Below, piece after piece: positions 18,206-27,009 of a stretch of DNA of 37,732 nt. A model generated the notes under the pieces. The model saw nothing but the letters and a program-made list of their open reading frames with translations. It was not told the origin of the DNA and searched no databases. The stretch's first letter is position 1. Each line of letters begins with the position of its first letter. This DNA comes from Nocardioides sp. (lineage in GTDB: Bacteria; Actinomycetota; Actinomycetes; Propionibacteriales; Nocardioidaceae): assembly GCA_049593675.1 (NCBI GenBank), contig JBAWHI010000264.1, positions 1-37,732 on the forward strand, written 5' to 3'. Position numbers and translations under genes: made by a program.

Positions 18206-19801
18206 ATGACACGGATCCGCGCCCTGGTGGCGGTGCTGGTCGCTGCGGCCCTCCCGCTCGGTGCTGCCGCGGTGCCGGGCCCGGCGGCGACGGCGACGGC
18301 GGTCGTAACCGCGGACGACGACCGGGGGCCGTCGGTGCCGCCGCACGACCTCACGGAGGACGTCGTCGGTCCGCCCTCCGACCCGGGCCTGCTGCGGTGG
18401 CGCATCCGGACGTGGCCGGGGAAGACGATCCGCTACCACGAGACCCTCCCCGCGAAGTGGGAGTGGAGCCTGCGTCAGGCGATCGAGCACTGGAACCGGT
18501 CCGGCGGGGGGATCAGGTTCGTCGAGACCCGTGCCGCCCGAGCCCGGTTGACGATCGGCTACGGCGAGACGGGCGGGGCGGACGGCATCGGCACCCTCGG
18601 CTACCAGCCGCGCAACTTCGTGCGCCTGTCGACGGCGTACCGACGCGCCGATCCTCATCGGGCCGAGACCCGGGTCTGGGTCGGGCGGCTCCTCACCCAC
18701 GAGCTGGGGCACGTGCTCGGCTTCGACCACACCGGCGGGCAGTGCTCGCTGATGTATCCCGTCTACGACTTCGGGCTCTGCCCGCCGCTGCCCGACGCCG
18801 CGCCGGGCTACTACAACTGCCGCTGGATCGACAAGCGACTGCTGCGCCGCTTCGTGCGGATGTACGGCGGCCGGGCGAGGCAGTCGCCGCCGCGGTGCCT
18901 CATCGAGGCGCTCCCCGGTCGTCTGCGCGACGTCCGCTTCTCCGGAGGTCAGAGCGAGGAGGCGCCGGTGCGCATCACGTGGCGAGGCCCGGCGAAGGTC
19001 CGGACCGGCACCCGCGTGCAGATCACGACGTGGCAGGCGCGGTCGTGCGCGAAGGCGCCGAAGCGATGGGAGCGGCGGGTCGGTGTCCGCCCGCAGGCGG
19101 GGTCGTGGACCGACCCGCGCTACGGCCGGGGCCTGTGGTGCTTCCGCGCGCAGATCGTCAATCGGTACGGCGCCGGCCGGCCGGCGGCGGTCCGGCAGAT
19201 CGAGCGCTGGGCGCCGGTGCCCGATGCCCCGTCGGTGGGGGCGCCGACCTGGCTCGCCGACGAGTGGCGGTGGCGGGTCACGTGGCAGCCACCTGCCGGC
19301 ACCCGGCTCGCCGTGGTCCGCAGCTGGGACGACCCGAGCGCCTGCCCGACCAGCACCAGGGACTGGTCGAGCCTCGACCGGCGTGGCCAGGACCGGTGGC
19401 TGCTCGACCCCCAGGCGGGCTCCGAGTGCGTCCTGCTGGTCGCGGTGACCGACTGGGGCACCCTCAGCCCGGGGATCCCGGTCGTGCTCGAGGTGCCGGG
19501 ACCGACGGCCACCCCGACGGTCGGCAGCGTCACCTACGACCCGGAGCAGGAGTCGGCGACCGTGTCGGCCACCCTGGTCGACGACCGCTACCGCCTCGGC
19601 ATCGAGGTGCGCCAGGGTCCGTGCCCGGCGCGGCCCCCTGCGGACGCCGAGTGGTGGGACGGCTACGAGGAGGCGCCGGGTCGCTGGCGGATCTACCCCG
19701 AGCCGTGGGGGGCGCTGGGGGAGCAGTGCGCGATGTTCGCGGCGATCGGTGACTTCGAGCGGCCCGGACCGGTCGTGATGCGCTCCTTCACGGTGCGCTG
19801 A
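18206..19801 (+). CDS. Secreted metzincin (matrixin/M10-like) metalloprotease with C-terminal beta-rich repeats
   Basis: Signal peptide from ATG 18206; HELGHVLGFDH zinc motif and Met-turn SLMYP. Confidence 0.85.
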   Translation: MTRIRALVAVLVAAALPLGAAAVPGPAATATAVVTADDDRGPSVPPHDLTEDVVGPPSDPGLLRWRIRTWPGKTIRYHETLPAKWEWSLRQAIEHWNRSGGGIRFVETRAARARLTIGYGETGGADGIGTLGYQPRNFVRLSTAYRRADPHRAETRVWVGRLLTHELGHVLGFDHTGGQCSLMYPVYDFGLCPPLPDAAPGYYNCRWIDKRLLRRFVRMYGGRARQSPPRCLIEALPGRLRDVRFSGGQSEEAPVRITWRGPAKVRTGTRVQITTWQARSCAKAPKRWERRVGVRPQAGSWTDPRYGRGLWCFRAQIVNRYGAGRPAAVRQIERWAPVPDAPSVGAPTWLADEWRWRVTWQPPAGTRLAVVRSWDDPSACPTSTRDWSSLDRRGQDRWLLDPQAGSECVLLVAVTDWGTLSPGIPVVLEVPGPTATPTVGSVTYDPEQESATVSATLVDDRYRLGIEVRQGPCPARPPADAEWWDGYEEAPGRWRIYPEPWGALGEQCAMFAAIGDFERPGPVVMRSFTVR

Positions 19802-19824
19802 TCCGGGTCTAGACTCGGACCGTC

Positions 19825-19860
19825 GCTGCGCATCACGAAACGAGTTCCTCCATGCGCAAC
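19825..19860. promoter_or_regulatory. Paired 17-bp GTTKCG-N5-CGMAAC-type boxes at metF
   Basis: GCTGCGCATCACGAAAC (19825-19841) and GTTCCTCCATGCGCAAC (19844-19860), 2 nt apart; TAGACT -10-like at 19810-19815. Confidence 0.65.
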
Positions 19861-20697
19861 AAAGTGTCGTCCGCACGGACGATGGTCCGGCTGCTGGAAC
19901 AGGCCCGCTACGAGGTGCTGCCCACGGAGTCGACCGAGGAGAAGGTCCTCGCCCACGTCCCGCACGACGTGGTCGTGACCGTCACCGCCTCGCCCGGCAA
20001 GGGGCTGGGCGCGACCCTCGACCTGGCCGAGCGCCTCGCGGGGCACGGCTACCTCGTCGTGCCCCACCTCGCGGCCCGGATGGTCACCGGCCGGTCGGAG
20101 CTCGCCGAGATCTGCGACCGGCTGACCGGCCGCGGGATCAGCCGGGTCTTCGTGCCCGGCGGCGACGCTGCGCCGGCCGGCGACTACCCCGACGCGCTGT
20201 CGCTGCTCGAGGACCTGGCCGGGCTGGGCCGCCCGTTCGCCCAGGTCGGGATCACCGGCTACCCCGAGTCGCATCCCACCATCACCGACGACCTCACCGT
20301 GCAGGCGATGTGGGACAAGCGTCGCTACGCCACCCACGTCGTCAGCAACCTGACCTTCGACCCCGCGGCGATCCGGGTCTGGGTGCGCCGGATGCGGGGG
20401 CGGGGCATCACGATGCCGATCCTGCTGGGCATCCCCGGCCCGGTCGATCGGACCCGGCTGCTCGCGATGGCCACGAAGATCGGGGTCGGCGAGTCGACCC
20501 GCTTCCTCGCCAAGCACAAGGGGACGTTCGCCCGGCTGGCCGCGCCGGGCGGCTTCACGGGGGAGTCCTTCCTCGAGAGGTGCGCGCCCACGCTCGGCGA
20601 GCCGACGGCGCTCGTCGAGGGGCTGCACGTCTTCACCTTCAACCAGATCGCCGAGACCGAGGACTGGCGCCAGGACCTGCTCAGCCGTCTTCGCTGA
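19852..20697 (+). CDS. metF: 5,10-methylenetetrahydrofolate reductase, divergent type
   Basis: YEVLP, VPHLAAR, GGD, GITGYPESHP, GLHVFTFN. Confidence 0.85.
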   Translation: MRNKVSSARTMVRLLEQARYEVLPTESTEEKVLAHVPHDVVVTVTASPGKGLGATLDLAERLAGHGYLVVPHLAARMVTGRSELAEICDRLTGRGISRVFVPGGDAAPAGDYPDALSLLEDLAGLGRPFAQVGITGYPESHPTITDDLTVQAMWDKRRYATHVVSNLTFDPAAIRVWVRRMRGRGITMPILLGIPGPVDRTRLLAMATKIGVGESTRFLAKHKGTFARLAAPGGFTGESFLERCAPTLGEPTALVEGLHVFTFNQIAETEDWRQDLLSRLR

Positions 20698-21313
20698 GCC
20701 GTCGCACCGACGGCGGCACCGGCAGGTCCCGCGCCCAGGGCGCCGGGATCGGGGGGTCGAGGACCGTGCGCACCGGCACCAGACCGCTCCACACGTCCGG
20801 CTCGGCGCCGGCCTCCTCGGGCGTGGCCGGCCAGTCCGCGGCGACCTTGAGGAGCCAGTTGTCGACGTCGATCGGGAGCGCCAGGACGGCCGTGGCGGCC
20901 AGCTCCTTGCGCGTGGCGGCCCGCACCTCCGACGTACGCCCGGGGATCAGGGCCTCGGAGAACACGTCGAGGGCCGCGTCCTCCACCGGGGCGAGGGTGC
21001 CCCGGATCGTGGCGGAGCGGTAGTTGACCGACGACTCGAACGTCGTCGGCGCGACGACCAGGGCGTCGAGCGCGAGGACGGTGAGCACGGCCGGGGCCCC
21101 GGCGGCCACGGCGCGCAGCGTGCCGGCGCCGGTCGAGCCGTGCAGCAGCAGCCGGTCGCCGTCGCGGGCATAGAGCATGGGTACGGCGAGCGGGGCGCCG
21201 TCCGCGACCGTCGAGAGCACCCCGGACCACTGCGAGTCGAGGAGCCGGTCCAGGGCCGTCCGGTCGGTGACACCCTGCTCGGGGAGGCGGTTGAGCTCGG
21301 TCATGGACGCCAT
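20681..21313 (-). CDS. Pyridoxamine 5'-phosphate oxidase-like flavin-binding protein (NimA-like)
   Basis: P.AVPMLYARDGDRLLLHGSTG, SSVNYRSA, W.G.VP motifs; start 21313 or 21304. Confidence 0.85.
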   Translation of the reverse strand: MASMTELNRLPEQGVTDRTALDRLLDSQWSGVLSTVADGAPLAVPMLYARDGDRLLLHGSTGAGTLRAVAAGAPAVLTVLALDALVVAPTTFESSVNYRSATIRGTLAPVEDAALDVFSEALIPGRTSEVRAATRKELAATAVLALPIDVDNWLLKVAADWPATPEEAGAEPDVWSGLVPVRTVLDPPIPAPWARDLPVPPSVRRLSEDG

Positions 21314-21361
21314 CAGACCACTCCGGACGCGGCCGCGTCGGCCGCTCGGGCAACCTCGCCC

Positions 21362-22021
21362 TCAGGCGGCCTCCGGGTACGGCGGCTCCCAGCCGATCTG
21401 GTGGACCCGGGCGATCGCGGCCAGCTGGTGGGGGACCTCGAGCTTGCGCAGGATGCTCTTCACCTGGGTGCGGACCGTCGCCTCGGCCACGACGTGGGCG
21501 CGTGCGATCTCGGCGGCGGACCGACCGCGCATCAGGTGCGCGAGCACCGCGAGCTCGCGTCGGGTCAGGCTGCCGAGCTGGTGGAGCACGACACGGCGCG
21601 GGTCGGGCGCCCAGGGCACGGGCACGGCCGGGACGGGTGGGGCGAGCTCGACGACCTCCTCGATCGCGGCCTGGACCGCGGCGAGTCCGCCGTCGAGCGG
21701 CAGGGTCGCGGCGGCACCGGCGCGGCGCAGTCGCGCGAGTACCAGGGGCTCGTCGGCCAGGGCGACCACGCGGCAGCCCTGCGCGGTGAGGTCCTCGACC
21801 AGCTGCTCGCGGTCCACGCTGCCGCCCAGCGCGTCGCCGAGCACGACGACCTCCGGGCGGCGCCGCAGGATCGCGGTGAGCACCTCTGCGGTGGAGTGCA
21901 GGGACTGCACCGGCACGGGGATCGGCCGGCACGACGAGGACAGAGCGAGATCAAGGGCCTGGGTGACGAGGCGGAAGCGGTCCACCAGCGCGACGCGGAC
22001 CCGGCGACGGTGTGGGTTCAT
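21362..22021 (-). CDS. LuxR/NarL-type HTH regulator with degenerate receiver domain
   Basis: LTRRELAVLAHLMRGRSAAEIA...VAEATVRTQVKSILRKLEV; start ATG 22021. Confidence 0.85.
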   Translation of the reverse strand: MNPHRRRVRVALVDRFRLVTQALDLALSSSCRPIPVPVQSLHSTAEVLTAILRRRPEVVVLGDALGGSVDREQLVEDLTAQGCRVVALADEPLVLARLRRAGAAATLPLDGGLAAVQAAIEEVVELAPPVPAVPVPWAPDPRRVVLHQLGSLTRRELAVLAHLMRGRSAAEIARAHVVAEATVRTQVKSILRKLEVPHQLAAIARVHQIGWEPPYPEAA

Positions 22022-22059
22022 GCTGGGGAGGAGCGCCCAGGTGCCGCCCTGATGCGTCC

Positions 22060-22758
22060 CTACCGAAAATTGGGGATGATCATGGACATCGCTTGCTCGA
22101 GACGCGCGCTGCCGGTCTCGACCACGACGAGGGGGAGTCCGATCCGGGTCGCCGCCTGGTCGGCCAGGCGACGCAGGTCGGCGTCGGGTGACTGAGCGAG
22201 CCAGACGACCCGCGTGTAGTGGCCGAAGTAGGCGTCGCGGAGCTCGGGCCAGCGGTCCAGCCCGAGCTCCTGCTCGACGGTCCTGGCGAAGGACCGCACC
22301 AGGAAGTCGGTGAGCAGGTAGGTCCCCGGCTGTTCGGCGAAGAGCGCCTCGATCCGGGAGGCGCCGGCATAGACGTCGTAGCAGTGCAGGCCCGGCAGCC
22401 GGGCCAGGCCCAGCTCGTCGCAGACCGTGTCGAGGGCGCCGTAGGTGCCGCAGTCGGCGTACCCCACGACGACCGAGGCGTACGACGCGCGCAGCTCGAC
22501 GGCCAGTCGGCGCACCTCGCCCGCGATCAGCTGGGGCTGGTTGTGCAGCAGCGGCGGCAGGGGGTGCACGTCGACCGGCCAGCCGGTGCGGGCCACGATC
22601 TCCTGGCACGGCTGGGCGATCGCGCCGCAGGCGACGAGGGCGACCCGCTCGCGGGCTCCCGGGTCGAGGGCGGGTCTGCGAGCGCTCTGCTCAGCCGCCG
22701 AAGCCGAGCTGGTCGACGAACTTGTCGTTGAAGTCGGCGCGGTCGGAGAGCTCGACAT
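22060..22758 (-). CDS. DUF1638 domain protein (associated with corrinoid methyltransferase clusters)
   Basis: ACGAIA, LHNQP, GYADCGTYGALD, GLHCY, PGTYLLTDFL, LGLDRWPELRDAYFGHY; GGAGG 6 nt before ATG 22758. Confidence 0.85.
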   Translation of the reverse strand: MSSSPTAPTSTTSSSTSSASAAEQSARRPALDPGARERVALVACGAIAQPCQEIVARTGWPVDVHPLPPLLHNQPQLIAGEVRRLAVELRASYASVVVGYADCGTYGALDTVCDELGLARLPGLHCYDVYAGASRIEALFAEQPGTYLLTDFLVRSFARTVEQELGLDRWPELRDAYFGHYTRVVWLAQSPDADLRRLADQAATRIGLPLVVVETGSARLEQAMSMIIPNFR

Positions 22759-24631
22759 AGGTCACCTCCCCGAGCAGCGCCTGGGCGCCCGCGCGCTCGC
22801 GGATCGAGAGCAGCGCCATCTTGGCCCCCTCGCCCGCCACGTTGCCGGCGGCGACGATCCGGAGGACCGGCAGCTGCGGCACCAGTCCGATCCGCACCGC
22901 CGAGGCCGCCGAGAGATAGCTCCCGAACGACCCGGCGAGCAGCACCTGCTGCACGTCGCGGTGCTCGAGCCCGAGCTCCTCCAGCAGCAGCGTCCACCCC
23001 GTCGAGATCGCCGCCTTCGCGAACTGCAGCTCCCGCACGTCGCGCTGCGAGAGCACCACGCAGTCCTCGGGCTCGGCGTCGGGTGCGGGCCGGTGGAGCA
23101 CGAAGACGCGCTCCTGACCGATGTAGGTGAGCTGGTCGGCGAGGGCGGGGGCGACCTCCTTGGCATGGTCGTCGGCGACGTAGCGGCCGGTGGCGTCGAG
23201 CAACCCGACCCGCACCAGCTCGGCGACGGCGTCGACCAGCCCTGATCCACACAGACCTCGGGGCTCGACGTCTCCGATCACCCCGAGCTCCACCGGTGGG
23301 CGAGGCGGTCGCTGGCCCTGCTCCTCCACCTCCGGGTGCAGTCGCACGACCTCCACGGCGCCGTCCGCGGCGCGCATGCCGCAGCGGATCGCGCCCCCCT
23401 CGAACGCCGGCCCGGCCGGGGCCGCCGTCGAGAGGATCCGGTCGCCGTCGCTGAGCACGATCTCGCAGTTGGTGCCGACGTCGATGAAGAGCCGGGTGCG
23501 CTTGTCGCGGTCCATCCCGCTCGCGAGCATGCCGGCGACGATGTCGCCGCCCACGTAGGCGCCGAGGGCGGGGAAGAGGGCGACCCGGGCCCGGGGGTGC
23601 AGCATGAGACCGAGCTCGGTGGCCAGCAGGTCGGGAGGCTGGGCGGTCGCCATGATGAACGGTGCGACGCCCAGCGGCTCGGGATCGATCCCGAGCGCGA
23701 GGGCCGTCATCGTGGCGTTGCCGGCGATCGCCACCTCGTAGACGTGCGCGGGATCGACATCGCCCTCGGCACACACCTGGGCGGCGAGCGTCGCGAGCGT
23801 CTCGCCGGCAGCCGTCCGCAGGCGATCGAGGGCGCTCGGGTCCATCATCGTGGCGCTGATCCGGGTGATCACGTCGCCACCGAAGGGCTGCTGGCGGTTG
23901 AGCATCGACGCCACCGCGACCGGGGTGCCGGTGGCGACGTCGAGCAGGGTGGCCACGACGGTGGTCGTGCCGAGGTCGAAGGCGATCGCGTGCTGGGTCG
24001 AGGTGGTGTCGCCGGGCTCCACGTCGATGAGCGTCTCGTCGACGATCACCGCGGTGACCCGGTAGTCGGCGGCGCGCAGCACCGTGGGCAGACGGCGCAG
24101 CGCGTGCAGGTCCGGCGTCGGCTCGAGGTCGTCGATCGCCTCCAGCAGCCGGGCCAGATCGGTGCGCTGGTCGGTCAGGGTCGGCTCGTCGAGCTCGACG
24201 TACCGCTTCTGGATGGCCGGGCGGAGGATCACCTGACGACCGACGCCGACGGTCGCGGCTTTGGGCCGGGTGGTGAGGGGAGGTACGTCGACGGCGAGGT
24301 CTCGGGTCGCGGTGACCAGGCAGGCCAGCCGCCAGCCGGCGTCGAGCTGCTCGCGGGTGAACGTCTTGACGTCGTGCCGGGTGATCGGGGGCGTCGGTGC
24401 CGGCGCTGCCGCACCGTCCTCGGCCTCCGCGACGATCCGGACCCGGCATTTGTGGCAGGTGCCGTGCCCGCCGCAGGTGGAGTCGATGGCGATGCCGTTC
24501 CACGAGGCGGAGTCGAAGACGGTGACGCCCGGGGGCACGCGGACCTGGCGCCGGGTCGTCCGCTCAGGGTCGGTGTCCCCGACCGTGAAGGACAGCTCGA
24601 CGCGGCCGGTGCCGTCGTGCTCGTCCGTCAC
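22691..24631 (-). CDS. ASKHA-domain reductive activator of corrinoid proteins (RACo/DUF4445) with N-terminal 2Fe-2S domain
   Basis: CGGHGTCHKC...RLAC; FDLGTTT, FGGDVITRI, GNATM, YVGGDIVAG, DVGTNCE, GPAFEG, GLCGSG, QFAKAAI, AGSFG. Confidence 0.92.
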   Translation of the reverse strand: MTDEHDGTGRVELSFTVGDTDPERTTRRQVRVPPGVTVFDSASWNGIAIDSTCGGHGTCHKCRVRIVAEAEDGAAAPAPTPPITRHDVKTFTREQLDAGWRLACLVTATRDLAVDVPPLTTRPKAATVGVGRQVILRPAIQKRYVELDEPTLTDQRTDLARLLEAIDDLEPTPDLHALRRLPTVLRAADYRVTAVIVDETLIDVEPGDTTSTQHAIAFDLGTTTVVATLLDVATGTPVAVASMLNRQQPFGGDVITRISATMMDPSALDRLRTAAGETLATLAAQVCAEGDVDPAHVYEVAIAGNATMTALALGIDPEPLGVAPFIMATAQPPDLLATELGLMLHPRARVALFPALGAYVGGDIVAGMLASGMDRDKRTRLFIDVGTNCEIVLSDGDRILSTAAPAGPAFEGGAIRCGMRAADGAVEVVRLHPEVEEQGQRPPRPPVELGVIGDVEPRGLCGSGLVDAVAELVRVGLLDATGRYVADDHAKEVAPALADQLTYIGQERVFVLHRPAPDAEPEDCVVLSQRDVRELQFAKAAISTGWTLLLEELGLEHRDVQQVLLAGSFGSYLSAASAVRIGLVPQLPVLRIVAAGNVAGEGAKMALLSIRERAGAQALLGEVTYVELSDRADFNDKFVDQLGFGG

Positions 24632-24638
24632 GGTGCGC

Positions 24639-25501
24639 TCATGCCGACGCGGCCGCCCTCGCCCGGTGGGCGGCGATCCACGCCATGCCCCACTCGTCGT
24701 GGTTCAAGAACACGTCGGCGGCCTTGACGGCCTCGACGATCTGCGGTGTCCGGGTGTCCATGATCGCGCTGGTCAGGCCGGAGGTCATCGCCATCGGCAG
24801 CCAGGCCGCGCCCAGGGTGTGCCGGTCCGGCATCCCGAAGGAGGTGTTCGAGGCGCCGCAGGTCATGTTGACGCCGAAGTCGTCGCGGATCCGGCGCATC
24901 ACCTCGAAGGTGACCAGGGAGGTGGCGGTGTCCGCGCCGATCGGCATCGCGAGCGGATCGATCACGATGTCGGCTCGGTCCATGCCGTACTCCTCGGTGG
25001 CGACCCGGATGATCTTCGCGGTGAGGTCGAGACGCTTGTCGGCCTCCATCGGGATCTCGTCGTGGTCGTTGGGCAGCGCGATGATCGCGGCGTCGTACCT
25101 CTTCACCAGCGGGAGGATCGCGGCCAGCCGGTCGTCCTCGGCGGTGACGGAGTTGACCAGGGCACGACCCTGGTAGACCGAGAGCCCGGCCTCGAGCGCC
25201 TCGACGACCGAGGAGTCGATGCAGATCGGCAGGTCCGTCAGCGTCTGGACCAGCTGGATCGCCTTCGCCAGCAGCTCGGGCTCGTCGGTGAGCGGGACGC
25301 CCATGTTGACGTCGAGCACGTCGGCGCCGCCCTCGACCTGGGCTCGGACGTCTCGCTCGATGGCGGAGAGGTCGCCGGCGCGCAGCTGCTCCTGGAAGAT
25401 CCGGCGCCCGGTCGGGTTGATCCGCTCGCCGATCAGGCAGAAGCGCTGGTCGTGGCCGAGCACGACCTCCTTGGTGGCCGAGCGGAGCACCGTGTGCAGG
25501 C

Positions 25502-25505
<4 letters not shown>
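24639..25505 (-). CDS. Methylcorrinoid:tetrahydrofolate methyltransferase (stand-alone pterin-binding domain; MtgA/AcsE/MetH-pterin-like)
   Basis: IGERINPTG, LDVNMG, IDSS, LVNSV, IDPL, CGASNTSFGMP.R; ATG 25505 overlaps the upstream stop (ATGA). Confidence 0.9.
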
Positions 25506-26163
<658 letters not shown>

Positions 26164-26167
<4 letters not shown>

Positions 26168-26943
26168 GCCACACCCTCCTTGGGCGCTCGACCGCGCAGC
26201 AGCGTGGACAGCCGCGCGGCGTGGGACGACAGGTGGTGACCGAGCTCGGCGAGCCGGCCGTCGAGGCGCTGGGTGGGGCCGGAGACGCCGAGCGCGGCGA
26301 CGACGTCGCCGCGCGATCCCCGGACGGGGACCGCGACACCGGCGAGGCCGACCTCGAGCTCCCCGTCGGTGATCGCCCAGCCGAGCTGTCGGACCCGGGC
26401 ACCGTCTCGGACCAGGGCCTCGGGGTCGGCCAGGGTGTCGCCGGTCAGGACCTCGAGGGGGTCGGTGGGGAGGGGTAGCGCGTCCCAGGCGTAGAGGACC
26501 TTGCCGAGGGCCGAGGCGTGCGCGGGCACGTCGACCCCGGTCCAGTCGCGGGTGCCGAGCAGGTAGCGACTGTCCACCTGGGCGACCTGCACGACCCGCT
26601 CGCCCCGGGCCACCGCGAGGTGCACGGTCTCCGAGGTCTCCTCGGAGATCAGCTCCATCGCCGGCCGCGCGAGGCGGACGAGCTCCTCCCAGGGGTCGTG
26701 GCGGGCGGCGTAGAGCCAGAACAGGCTGCCGGCCACATAGGACCCGTCGACGTCGCGCTCGAGCAGGTCCGCGCGCTCCAGCGCCGCGAGCATCCGCGAG
26801 GTCGTCGACTTGGCCAGCCCGCTGGAGTCCTGGAGGTCGGCGAAGCTCAGCGGCGCGTCGGCGTGCACGACCGTCGCCACGAGCTGGGCGGCGCGATCGA
26901 CCGCCTGGGTGCCGGTGCTTCCGTCTGCTGCCGCCTGAGCCAT
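26164..26943 (-). CDS. IclR family regulator 1
   Basis: TQAVDRA...GLAKSTTSRML..LE; ETVHL; HASALGK; ALGVSGP..R. Confidence 0.92.
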
Positions 26944-26956
26944 CCGCTTCCGTCCT

Positions 26957-26973
26957 GTTCCATGTTGTGGAAC
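26957..26973. promoter_or_regulatory. Palindrome GTTCCA-N5-TGGAAC (probable IclR-1 operator)
   Basis: GTTCCATGTTGTGGAAC in the 66-bp divergent gap between iclR1 and the methyltransferase. Confidence 0.7.
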
Positions 26974-27009
26974 TCTGATCCCACATCATGAGGTTAGGCA
27001 GGAGGAGCG

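Noticed and set aside
26944..27009. Cobalamin riboswitch ahead of the B12 genes
   Set aside because: The gap is only 66 nt and I see no B12-box; control looks protein-based.
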